In this document: positions 1 to 8,848 of the stretch, in pieces
Layout of the letters: each line of letters begins with the position of its first letter
Position numbering within the stretch: position 1 is the first letter of the stretch
NCBI GenBank assembly: GCA_963816355.1
Contig: CAWFKH010000006.1
Location: 32,001-96,000 of the forward strand
Direction of reading: 5' to 3'
From: an uncultured Gemmatimonadales bacterium
Lineage (GTDB): Bacteria > Gemmatimonadota > Gemmatimonadetes > Longimicrobiales > RSA9
DNA length: 64,000 bases
Made by a program: the position numbers and the translations under genes
The notes under the pieces: model-generated
The model's input: only the letters and a program-made list of their open reading frames with translations
What the model was told of the DNA's origin: nothing
Databases searched by the model: none

Positions 1-702
1 CGCGCGGTGCAGTACGAGGTGGGCGCGCAGGGCTCTCTGTTCGCGAACCGGCTGTCCGGCAGCGTCGCGCTGTTCGACATCGAGAACACGGACAAGCTGG
101 TGTCCGCCACGTCGAATTCCGTGACGTACACGACGAACGCGGGCAAGCAGCGCAATCGCGGCGCCGAGCTGTCCGTGTCGCTGCTCGCGGTCGACCATCC
201 GGCGGCCCCGCTGTCGCGCGTGCGGCCGTGGCTGACGTACGCATACACGGACGCGGAATTCGTCGATTTCCGGAGCGACCTGAACGGCACTGCCGCGACG
301 GTGGACTTCTCGGGCAACGCGGTGCCGCGCGTGCCGAAGAATGCGCTCAGCGCCGGCCTCGACGTGGCCGTTCGAGGCGGCATCTACGCGAACGCGACGT
401 ACCGGTGGGTCGACAAGGTGCCCGTCACGTTCGACAACTCCACGTTCGTCAACGGCTACGACCTGCTCGGCGTGAAGGCGGGCGTGCAGCGCCGGCTGAG
501 CGACCGGTGGAATGTCAACCTCTTCGCCGGCGCCGACAACCTGACCAGCAGCACGCACTACGCTTTCCTCTTCGTGGGCCCCGACATCGAGGGGCTCGCG
601 CTCGAGGAGGACGGCGGCCACGGCGACGGCTACCTGATCCCCGCGCCCTACCACGCCGCTTGGTACGGCTCCCTCGCGCTGACCTGGACGCCGCGAAGGT
701 AG
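1..702 (+). CDS. TonB-dependent receptor, C-terminal beta-barrel part (5' truncated by window edge)
   Basis: Alternating beta-strand pattern, 'YEVGAQG', 'NAGKQRNRGAEL', 'GADNL' and aromatic C-terminal strand; frame is open to position 1. Confidence 0.85.
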   Translation, partial: RAVQYEVGAQGSLFANRLSGSVALFDIENTDKLVSATSNSVTYTTNAGKQRNRGAELSVSLLAVDHPAAPLSRVRPWLTYAYTDAEFVDFRSDLNGTAATVDFSGNAVPRVPKNALSAGLDVAVRGGIYANATYRWVDKVPVTFDNSTFVNGYDLLGVKAGVQRRLSDRWNVNLFAGADNLTSSTHYAFLFVGPDIEGLALEEDGGHGDGYLIPAPYHAAWYGSLALTWTPRR

Positions 703-792
703 AGGCCCGGCGGCGGGCCGCGTCGGTAGTGGGCCACTACCGCCGCGCCGGCCTCCTTGCTCCGCCGTCGGTCGCGACCTACGCTGTCCACC

Positions 793-1353
793 ATGCCCGA
801 ACGGGAGTTGTCGCCGGACCGGCGCGAAGCGCTCCTCGGAGCGCTGCAGGCTCGATTCGAGGAGAACGCGGGCCGCCACGAGGGGCTCGCTTGGGCCGAC
901 GTACGGGCGCGGCTGGAAGGGAACACCGCGAAGCTGTGGTGCCTCCACGAGATGGAGAGAACGGGCGGTGAGCCGGACGTCGTCGGGCGCGATGAAGCGA
1001 CGGGTGAGCTCATCTTCGTGGACTGCTCCGCGCAGAGCCCGCAGGGGCGCAGGAGCGTGTGCTACGACCGCGAAGCGCTGGAGTCCCGCAAGGAGCACAA
1101 GCCGGCCGACAGCGCGATGACCATGGCGGCGGCGATCGGCATCGAGCTGTTGACGGAGGCGGAGTACCGGGCGCTGCAGGAGCTCGGGGATTTCGACACG
1201 AAGACGTCGAGCTGGGTGAAGACGCCTCCCGACATCCGGGAGCGCGGCGGGGCGGTCTTCTGCGACCGTCGCTACGGGCACGTCTTCCTGTATCACAACG
1301 GAGCGGAGTCCTACTACGCCGCGCGGGGGTTCCGCGGCTCGCTGAGGGTCTAG
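793..1353 (+). CDS. DUF4256 family protein
   Basis: 'EMERTGGEPDVV', 'RRSVCYDREAL', 'YHNGAESYYAARGFRGSLRV' recognisable family motifs; ATG 793 chosen. Confidence 0.8.
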   Translation: MPERELSPDRREALLGALQARFEENAGRHEGLAWADVRARLEGNTAKLWCLHEMERTGGEPDVVGRDEATGELIFVDCSAQSPQGRRSVCYDREALESRKEHKPADSAMTMAAAIGIELLTEAEYRALQELGDFDTKTSSWVKTPPDIRERGGAVFCDRRYGHVFLYHNGAESYYAARGFRGSLRV

Positions 1354-1453
1354 CGCGCGTGCGTTGCGGCAGGCGACGGCGCGGCAGGCGGAGCGCCGGG
1401 GGAGCGCCCGGGGGGATCACCATGGGACGGTCGACGGGATCGGGCGCGCGAGA

Positions 1454-1918
1454 GTGAGGATCTGGGTGGACGCGGACGCCGCGCCGCGGGACGTGAAGGA
1501 GATCGTGTACCGCGCCGCGAAGCGGCTCGAGCTGGAAGCGGTGCTCGTGTCCAACCAGCGGCTGTCGCCGCCGGTGGGCTACGCACAGGTGCGCGCGGTT
1601 CGCGTCGAAGGCGGACCGGACGTCGCGGACGGCTACATCGCGGACAACGCGGAGCCGGGCGACGTCGCCATCACCGCCGATCTTCCCCTCGCCGCGATCC
1701 TCGTCGACAAGCGCGTCGTGGTGCTGGACCCGCGCGGCGAGCTTTACAGCGAGGAGAACGTGCGCGAGCGGCTGTCCATCCGGGACTTCATGGAGTCGCT
1801 GCGCAGCGCCGGCGTGGAGACGGCGGGGCCGAAGCCGTACGGCGCGCGCGAGAAGCAGGCGTTCGCGGCGACGCTCGACCGGGTGCTGACCGCGGCGCGG
1901 CGGAGTCGCGGACCGTAG
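1454..1918 (+). CDS. YaiI/YqxD (DUF188) family protein
   Basis: 'IWVDADA', 'DVADGYI', 'ITADLPLA', 'DPRGELYS' motifs; GTG 1454 chosen. Confidence 0.85.
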   Translation: MRIWVDADAAPRDVKEIVYRAAKRLELEAVLVSNQRLSPPVGYAQVRAVRVEGGPDVADGYIADNAEPGDVAITADLPLAAILVDKRVVVLDPRGELYSEENVRERLSIRDFMESLRSAGVETAGPKPYGAREKQAFAATLDRVLTAARRSRGP

Positions 1919-1946
1919 GGCCGCCCGCTTCGGTCGCTTCCCGGGG

Positions 1947-2480
1947 TCACGGCTCGTGCTGCGGGCGGGCCCGGATCATTCCCACGACGCTGTCCGCGAG
2001 CGCGTTCGGCACCGGGATCGTCAGGTGGTATTGCGCGATCCTCCAGGCTCCATCCACGCGCCGGAGCACACCCGTTCCGCGGGTCTCGCCGTAGCTCTCG
2101 TTGTCGAGGAGCTCGTCAAACCAGGCCACGGTGCCGCCGGGATCGAACGCGATGTGGCGCGTGCCCGGCCGCACCACGTAGGTCCAGCCCCGCCCCTGCT
2201 GGAATATCGGGTGGGCGTAGGCCCGGAACGCGTCCACCGTCCAGCGCTCCGTGGCGTCGGTCCCGATGAAGACGCCGTCGGGCGCGAACAGGCTGAAGTA
2301 AGCGTCCTCGTCGGCCCGCGACGCGTCGCGATGAAGCGAATCGAGCACCGCCGCCACCGCGGTGGTGTCCGGCGATGCGTCGACCCCGCGCGAGCCGTGC
2401 CGCGACGCGCACCCGCCCGCGACGATCGCCACCGCCAGGGATCCGAGCCACACGGTTCGCCGGCCCGCGCGAGCGCTCAT
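1947..2480 (-). CDS. NTF2/SnoaL-like secreted lipoprotein
   Basis: Lipobox 'AGGC', 'FIGTDATERW', 'AWFDELL', 'WRIAQYHL'. Confidence 0.8.
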   Translation of the reverse strand: MSARAGRRTVWLGSLAVAIVAGGCASRHGSRGVDASPDTTAVAAVLDSLHRDASRADEDAYFSLFAPDGVFIGTDATERWTVDAFRAYAHPIFQQGRGWTYVVRPGTRHIAFDPGGTVAWFDELLDNESYGETRGTGVLRRVDGAWRIAQYHLTIPVPNALADSVVGMIRARPQHEP

Positions 2481-2797
2481 GAGCTCCCTCCGTGCTGGTG
2501 TGAAGGCGTCCGCTGCGTGCGGCGTCCCGTTGCGTGCGGCGCCCGGCGTGCGGCGCCCGTTGCCGCGCCGCCGTTGCCCGCGGCGACGCCGTCGCGATCC
2601 CACGGGTGGCGGCGGCCGACTGTCTCCGGAATGAGACATCCTTTCGTCACTCCGGATGGCCGGCCGGCCGCCGGATCTCGCGGGACGCCGCGCGAAAACC
2701 GTTGATTTTGCTGGCTCCCTCCCGACGTCCGGCGTGGCACGGAGCGTGACTCCGTCGGATGTCGCGTCTTCCCACGCCAGACGAACATGGAGGCTCC

Positions 2798-3151
2798 ATG
2801 CGACGGTTCATCCTGCTCCCTCTGCTTCTCGCGCTGCTCTTCGGCGGCTGCAGCGACATTGTGGGCCTCGGCGGCCGGTCGGCCGATGGCGACTGGCGCG
2901 CGACGTTCGGGGGTGAAGAGGTCCGCGTGACGTTGCGGGACCGCGCCGGCGACATCCGGGGAGACGGCCGCTGGGGCCGCGATGACGTGTTCGTCAGCGG
3001 CGACAGGCGCGGCTCGGATCTCTCGCTCCGCTTTGAGTTCGCCCTCTACTCCCCGATCGACTTCGAAGGCACGATCCGGAGCGGCCAGCTCGAGGGCCGG
3101 CTGTACGGCTCCGGATTGAACGGGGACCTCGTGCGATTCCACCGGTTCTAG
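2798..3151 (+). CDS. hypothetical lipoprotein (small beta-rich domain)
   Basis: GGAGG RBS, signal peptide MRRFILLPLLLALLFGGC. Confidence 0.7.
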   Translation: MRRFILLPLLLALLFGGCSDIVGLGGRSADGDWRATFGGEEVRVTLRDRAGDIRGDGRWGRDDVFVSGDRRGSDLSLRFEFALYSPIDFEGTIRSGQLEGRLYGSGLNGDLVRFHRF

Positions 3152-3194
3152 CGGCCGAGCCCCTGCCCCTGCGCGTTCGTAGCTTCAAAGAGAA

Positions 3195-3228
3195 AGCGGG
3201 GCCCCGCCTTCGAAGGCGGGGCCCCGCT
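3195..3228 (-). terminator. perfect 34-nt palindrome; intrinsic terminator between convergent genes
   Basis: agcggggccccgccttcgaaggcggggccccgct followed on the minus strand by T-rich ttctctttg. Confidence 0.8.
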
Positions 3229-3289
3229 GCCGTCGCGCGTGCAAGGCGCGCAGACCGCTGCGGCGTGCCTCGCACGCTACGCGCGGACC

Positions 3290-3733
3290 CTACAGCAGCC
3301 CGGCCACGCACGCCTCGGCGGCAACCAGCGCCGAGCTGATGGCGTTGAAGTCGTCCGCCCCGATCTTCGCCTTCCGGGTACCGACACCGGCGGCCCACGA
3401 GTCGAGCGCCGCACCGATGTCCTCGAGCTTCTGGAGCGCGTCGGCGAACTTCCCATCGTTGATCTTGTTGGCCGCGTCCACCGTCTTCAGGAGCAGGTTC
3501 GTCTGGTCCCGTTCATTGGCGAACGTCGTCGCGCCCGCGATCGCACCGTGCAGGGCCGTGATCTCGTCACCGCAGGAGGCGATCGTTCCAGGCAGCTCGG
3601 TGGTGCCGCCCGGCTTCGCCACCTGGGTGAAGCTGGCGGAGGAAGTCGACGGGGCCGTGGGCTCGCTGCAGGCGAGCGCGGTCAACGCGGCGATCGCCGC
3701 GAGCGAGAAACGCGTGGCGTGGCGCATATGCAT
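3290..3733 (-). CDS. hypothetical helical lipoprotein (possibly FIMAH-like)
   Basis: GGAGG RBS, lipobox 'ALAC', amphipathic helices. Confidence 0.7.
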   Translation of the reverse strand: MHMRHATRFSLAAIAALTALACSEPTAPSTSSASFTQVAKPGGTTELPGTIASCGDEITALHGAIAGATTFANERDQTNLLLKTVDAANKINDGKFADALQKLEDIGAALDSWAAGVGTRKAKIGADDFNAISSALVAAEACVAGLL

Positions 3734-3884
3734 GTATCCTCCGGGGTGGTTTCCTTGAAGTTCTGCCGTGCGGGCCGAGTCGCGGCGGCGGCGCCAGCGA
3801 GTGGATGCTCGGCCGCTCCTTCACCGCGACGTAGGTAAGCTAATACAAGTCGTCAATCCGCGTCAGCCTCGCCCACCGTCCCGC

Positions 3885-3968
3885 CTCTCGCGTGCCCTCT
3901 CGCGTGCGCTCTCGCGTGCGCTCTCGCGTGCCCACTCGCGTGCGCTCTCGCGTGCCCTCTCGCGTGCC
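3885..3968. repeat. 12-bp tandem repeat (ctctcgcgtgcS) x7
   Basis: Directly visible. Confidence 0.9.
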
Positions 3969-4140
3969 CCGATTCGAATCTCGCGTAGCACGAGAATCGT
4001 CTCGGGCTGCCGCATCCCATGCCGCCTGACCCCCATCGCCATGGCTCTGCCCCGCTGCGGGTACCATCGTGCGCAGCGAAGTCTCGGCCGCCGGCGCCCG
4101 GTGCGCGGCGGTGCTCGAGCGCGGCGGTGCGCGAGAGCGC

Positions 4141-4307
4141 GGCGGTGCCCCGACGCGGGGTTCTTCCGGTGAGGCCGCCGATGAAACGACGCGGCAGCGT
4201 CGCAACGTCGGCGGTGCCCCGACGCGGGGTTCTTCCGGTGAGGCCGCCGATGAAACGACGCGGTAGCGTCGCAACGTCGGCGGTGCCCCGACGCGGGGTT
4301 CTTCCGG
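4141..4307. repeat. 69-bp palindromic tandem repeat, 2.4 copies (REP/BIME-like)
   Basis: Units start at 4141, 4210, 4279; each contains hairpins gccccg/cggggt and gccgccgatg..cgacgc/gcgtcg..cgtcggcggt. Confidence 0.9.
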
Positions 4308-4645
4308 GCTGGGGCGACCGCGACGGTGCCGAGTGAGGTGAAGGTGTCCCCGTAGCCCTCCATGCGAGTCGTCGGGGCCGGCGTGGCCTCGCCAGAAGCG
4401 GTCACGTGGGCCCCGGGCACCGCGTAAGACGTCGGGGGGTGCGGCTCACGTCGAGCCGTGCTCGGCAAGGCCCGAGCCCGCGGGAGCGTGATGGGCGGGT
4501 CCGCGAGAGGGGGACCCCGGCCCGCAGGAGCGGCAGGCCCGGTCCGCGATAGGGGGAAGGAAGGTACCGCGAAAGGGGATGCCGGGTCCGTGATACGTGC
4601 GTGTGCGTGGCTGGATGGCCGGCGAGAAACGAGAACGGTGGATGG

Positions 4646-5548
4646 ATGACAGCGCGAGTAGAGGTCGAGCGCATCCTGCGCGACCTGGCCATCGCGCAGC
4701 ACGGCGTCGCAAGGCGAGCGCAGTTGCTGGCGGGCGGACTGACGGCCCATACGATCGACGGTATGGTGCGCGCCGGCCGACTCGTGGTGCTGTGGCGCGG
4801 CGTGTACCAGATCGGCGTGCTGCCGGTCGCGCGTGCCGCGGAATCCGCCGCGGTGCTCGCGTGTGGTGAGGAGAGCAGAATCAGTCACGTGAGCGCGGCG
4901 GCATTGCAGGGTGTACTGGATTCGGCCCCTGCTCACCCAATCGTGGAGGTGAGCGTGCCGCGCCGAAAGCGACGTCGAATCAAGGGGGTTCGGATCCACC
5001 GCGTTCGGGACCTGCGACCGGACGAGATGACGGTCCACGAAGGCATTCGAGTGACGACGCCCGCGCGAACGCTGCTCGACATCGCGGAGACGCTGCCCTC
5101 CCGTGAGGTGGAGCAGGCGCTGGCCAAGGCGTTACGCATGGGTCTCGTTGCCCCTCAGGACGTGCGGCTGATGCTGGAACGCCACCCCAACCATCGCGGA
5201 GCGCCGCTGTTGCGGCAGTTGCTGGACGCCGAAGGGGGCCCGCGCTTCACGCGCTCCGAAGGGGAGGAGAAGCTGCTCGAGATCACGCGGGTCGCCGGCT
5301 TGCCGCTCCCGGAGCTGAACGTGAGGGTGCTCGGCCACGAGGTGGATGCGTTGTGGCGGAGCGCACGCGTCGTGGCGGAGGTGGATGGGTACGCATTCCA
5401 CTCTTCGACGCGTTCTTTCGTGAACGACCGCCGGCGGGACGCCGAGCTGGTGGCAGCGGGATACCGCGTGATGCGGTTCACCTGGGCGGACCTCACCGAG
5501 GCGCGCCTTGCAACGGTCGTCCGGCTCGCGCAGGCCCTGGTGAGGTAG
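4646..5548 (+). CDS. AbiEi-like N-terminal HTH + DUF559 (Vsr-like PD-(D/E)XK) protein
   Basis: 'QHGVARRAQL', 'RGVY', 'VTTPARTLLD', 'EVDALW', 'EVDGYAFH', 'DRRRDAEL...GYRVMRFTW'. Confidence 0.85.
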   Translation: MTARVEVERILRDLAIAQHGVARRAQLLAGGLTAHTIDGMVRAGRLVVLWRGVYQIGVLPVARAAESAAVLACGEESRISHVSAAALQGVLDSAPAHPIVEVSVPRRKRRRIKGVRIHRVRDLRPDEMTVHEGIRVTTPARTLLDIAETLPSREVEQALAKALRMGLVAPQDVRLMLERHPNHRGAPLLRQLLDAEGGPRFTRSEGEEKLLEITRVAGLPLPELNVRVLGHEVDALWRSARVVAEVDGYAFHSSTRSFVNDRRRDAELVAAGYRVMRFTWADLTEARLATVVRLAQALVR

Positions 5549-5878
5549 CCTCGAGCGCCCGGGCGGGCCAGGTTTCGCGTAGGCCCTCCTGCGGTAGGCC
5601 TGAGCGCCCAGGCGGGCGTGCTTCGAGAGAGGCCGTGGGACCTCGGCCCGCCGCGCCGAGGGGCGGGACGGCCGGCCGGGATCACCGCGTGCCGTCGCGC
5701 CACGTGAGCGCTTCCCCAATGGAGAATCCGTCGGCACCGGGGCCGTCCACGCCCGAGCAGGGGCAGTAGACTCGACCCCACTGCGGCTGGACGGGCCTGC
5801 CGGGGGCGACCTGACGACGTCACGGAGGGTCACAATGCCCCCGGTCGCCGCGCGGACGGTGGTGGGGTGCAGCTCACG

Positions 5879-5986
5879 GCCCGAGGGGCCCGCCCGCCCG
5901 AGAGGCCCGCCCGCCCGAGAGGCCCGCCCGCCCGAGGGGCCCGCCCGCCCGAGAGGGCCGCCCGCCCGAGAGGCCCGCCCGCCCCC
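5879..5986. repeat. GC-rich 16-18 bp tandem repeat (gcccgcccgagaggcc-like)
   Basis: Directly visible, about 6 degenerate copies. Confidence 0.8.
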
Positions 5987-6041
5987 ATAGCCCGCCCGCG
6001 CGATCGCCTGCCTCAGGCGCTCCGCCCGGGGTAGCCACGCG

Positions 6042-7097
6042 TCACCCCGGCGCCAGGATCCTGAGGACCGCGCGCCCATTCACGTCTTCCAGCGGCAGGT
6101 ATACGCGATGGGTCGCCGGGTCCACGGCCACCGTGTGGGCGTGGGGGATGCGGAGCTCGCCCAGAGGTACGACGGCCCGGCCCTGGAGGGCGAAGGTGGA
6201 CAGCACGCCTGCCTCGGCGGCCACGTAGAGGCGCGCCAGGCCTGGGTCGAAGGCGAGGACGTCGGGGGAGCGGCCCACCCGGTGGCGGGAGATCACGTCC
6301 ATGGTGGCCAGGTCCACCACCATCAGCGTGGCGTTATCTTCGTCGGCCACGAAGAGCAGCCGCCGGGCGGGATCGATCGCCAGGCCGTGGGGGTGCCGGG
6401 CGCCGTCGATAGGGTAGCGGCCCACGATGCTGCCCGTGGCGGGATCGATGGCGACCACCTCCCGCCGCGTCTGGACCGCCACCAGGATGCACCTCGAGCC
6501 CGGGTCGTAGAGCGTGTTGCCCGCTTCGCCGCCGAGATCCACTCGCCCCAGGACCGTGTCGGCGGCTGCGTCGATCACGAGTTCCTCGCCTGCCCTGGAC
6601 TCGTCCGAGGCGAACACGCGCTTCGGACCGGGGGCGTAGGCGAGTCCGTCCGGGTAGCCAATCGGTCCGAGCCGCGCGCGGGACCGCAGGGTGGCCGCGT
6701 CCACCACGGCCACCGCGTGGTCCCCCGTTGCCGATGCGTACACCTTGCCCAGTTGCGGCACCGCCAGCACGCCGTGGACCGACGCGTAGCCCGGCAGGTC
6801 CGCCACCACCTCGTCCGTCCGGGTGTCGAAGACCAGGATCGTCCCGGCGTTCATGTGGGCGATCCACAGCCGGCCCGTCGCCGGATCCAGGCTCTGGTAG
6901 TCGAATCGCACCGGCCTGCCGGGCAGGGGCACGTCCTGGAGGAGGCGGAGCGGTGGGCCGTGGGACGCGTTCGTGGGCGCGGAGTCCGGAGCCGCGCCGG
7001 TTGGGCCATGCGCGGACCCGGCGCAGGCGAGGGGAGGGGAGGCTACAGCCGCGGGACCGGCGCAGGCCGCCAGGAGGAGCGCAGGGACCCATGCCAC
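6042..7097 (-). CDS. YncE-family beta-propeller lipoprotein (start uncertain)
   Basis: Lipobox 'LLAAC', 'RFDY', repeated 'PDGLAY', 'PHGLAID', 'PDVLAFD', 'AHTVAVD' propeller blades. Confidence 0.8.
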   Translation of the reverse strand: MAWVPALLLAACAGPAAVASPPLACAGSAHGPTGAAPDSAPTNASHGPPLRLLQDVPLPGRPVRFDYQSLDPATGRLWIAHMNAGTILVFDTRTDEVVADLPGYASVHGVLAVPQLGKVYASATGDHAVAVVDAATLRSRARLGPIGYPDGLAYAPGPKRVFASDESRAGEELVIDAAADTVLGRVDLGGEAGNTLYDPGSRCILVAVQTRREVVAIDPATGSIVGRYPIDGARHPHGLAIDPARRLLFVADEDNATLMVVDLATMDVISRHRVGRSPDVLAFDPGLARLYVAAEAGVLSTFALQGRAVVPLGELRIPHAHTVAVDPATHRVYLPLEDVNGRAVLRILAPG

Positions 7098-7508
7098 CGC
7101 TCGCGCCGTGCGTCGCCCCGGCCCCCGACGATGTGGCCCGGCGGCGCGTCCCCCCGCAACCCGGCGCGGACCGCGCGGAACCGCGACTTCGGGCGGAGGG
7201 CGTCGAGGGCGTCGTGCGGCATCGGGGTGGTCCGAGCCGGGAGATGGTGCGCCGCGCGTCCTTGTGTCCGGGGGTCGCGCCGGCGCATCATTCGAGCCCG
7301 CTGGCCCCTTCGACCGGAGCCCATCCAATGCGCCCGCGTCCACATCGCCGCGCCACCGCAGGAATGCGTTCGGCGTGAACGCGCTCCCGATCGAGCGCCG
7401 GTCTCTCCCCGCGAGGTGAACGGCGGCGCGCGAGGTGGTGGGCCGAACGCTCGCGACGGCAGGCTTCGGTGGGAGGGTCAACGCGGATCCCTCGTTCAGG
7501 AGGTGGCC

Positions 7509-8222
7509 ATGAGCCGGGGTGCGACGGCGAGCGCGAGCTGCGGGCTGTGTGGACGGACACTGCAGCGGCGCGATCTCGTGCCGGCCGGCGCCGTGCGGCC
7601 GGAGATCGAGGATGTGATCCGCCAGGACCATCCGGATTGGCGGGCCGAGGGGTGGATCTGCCTGCGTGACCTCAACGAGCTCCGCACGCGATACATCCAG
7701 ACGCTCCTCGAGCAGGAGAAGGGCGAGCTCACCTCGCTGGAGGAGGAGGTCGTCCGCAGCCTGCGCGCGCACGATCTGCTGGCCCAGGATGTCGACGCCG
7801 AGTTCGAGCGCGACCTCTCCGTGGGGGACCGCCTGGCGGACCGGATCGCCGACGTCGGCGGGAGCTGGAGCTTCATCGCGGCGTTCCTGGCGGCGCTCGT
7901 GGTGTGGATCGGGATCAATACGGTGCTCTTGGTGACCCGCCCCTTCGACCCCTACCCGTTCATCCTCCTCAACCTGGTGCTCTCGTGCATCGCCGCGATC
8001 CAGGCGCCGGTCATCATGATGAGCCAGAATCGCCAGGAGGCGAAGGACCGGCTTCGCGGACAGCACGACTATCGCGTCAATCTCAAGGCCGAGCTCGAGA
8101 TCCGGCATCTGCACGAGAAGATGGACCACCTGCTCTACCACCAGTGGGAGCGGCTCGTGGAGATCCAGAAGGTGCAGATCGAGCTCATGAACGAGCTCGG
8201 CGCGGCGCGGAATCGTCCGTGA
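7509..8222 (+). CDS. DUF1003 membrane protein
   Basis: AGGAGG RBS; 'GGSWSFI', 'FDPYPFILLNLVLS', 'QAPVIMMSQNRQ'. Confidence 0.9.
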   Translation: MSRGATASASCGLCGRTLQRRDLVPAGAVRPEIEDVIRQDHPDWRAEGWICLRDLNELRTRYIQTLLEQEKGELTSLEEEVVRSLRAHDLLAQDVDAEFERDLSVGDRLADRIADVGGSWSFIAAFLAALVVWIGINTVLLVTRPFDPYPFILLNLVLSCIAAIQAPVIMMSQNRQEAKDRLRGQHDYRVNLKAELEIRHLHEKMDHLLYHQWERLVEIQKVQIELMNELGAARNRP

Positions 8223-8287
8223 GCCCGTAGCCGGCCGCCCGCCAGGGGCGCCTTCACGGTCTAAGCGGGTCGCGTGACGGCCGCCTC

Positions 8288-8656
8288 CTAGAACGGCAGG
8301 TCGTCGTCCTCCCCCTCTCCCCACGGCTCCGTCGGGGTCGGCTCTCCCGTGCGCGACGGCGGCCCGGCGGGCTTCGATCCGCCCGCCTCCGCGCGCTCCA
8401 CCTTCCACGCCTTGACGTCCGTGTACCAGCGGCCGTTGTACTCGCGGCTCTGGATGTCGATGTGGACGGTGAGGCTCTCGCCCTCCTGGACGGCGAACTG
8501 CTCGATGTTGTCGCCCCACTGGACAATGCACACCGGCTTCGGGTACTGGCCTTCGGTCTCCAGGACGAACTCCTGCTTCCTCCAGGGGCCGTTGCGGCCC
8601 TCGCCGGATTGCTCCTCGAGCACCTGGGTGACCTTGCCCGTGAGCTGTAGGTCCAT
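8288..8656 (-). CDS. DUF3127 family OB-fold protein with SSB-like acidic tail
   Basis: 'WRKQEFVLET..QYPK', 'SREYNGRWYTDV.AWK', C-terminal DDDLPF. Confidence 0.85.
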   Translation of the reverse strand: MDLQLTGKVTQVLEEQSGEGRNGPWRKQEFVLETEGQYPKPVCIVQWGDNIEQFAVQEGESLTVHIDIQSREYNGRWYTDVKAWKVERAEAGGSKPAGPPSRTGEPTPTEPWGEGEDDDLPF

Positions 8657-8848
8657 CGTTTCGCCTCCCTGCAGTTCGTTGCGCGCCGGGATGCCCTCGA
8701 TGGCCCCGGCTCTTCACCCGATGGACGATAGCCGTCTTCCCGCGGCCGGGCGAGAGCTTCGCGGCGGCGGCGGGCGAGAGGTTCGCGGCGGCGGCCGCGG
8801 CGGCCGCGGCGGTTCGCGGCGGCGGCGTCGCGATTGTACGATCCGGTC

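Noticed and set aside
4166..4209. Hammerhead ribozyme (ccggtgag...gaaac...gtc)
   Set aside because: Core CUGANGA is not matched (CCGGUGA) and no proper stem II or stem I forms
4141..4307. CRISPR mini-array (29-bp repeat loosely resembling type I-E: gtgccccg...cggggttcttccg)
   Set aside because: The two 40-bp 'spacers' are identical except for one base and pair with the repeat; no cas genes in the window
6042..8717. 891-aa and 704-aa overlapping ORFs as single giant genes
   Set aside because: Only 6042-~7097 (-) and 7509-8222 (+) carry family motifs; the extensions are stop-poor GC-rich shadows
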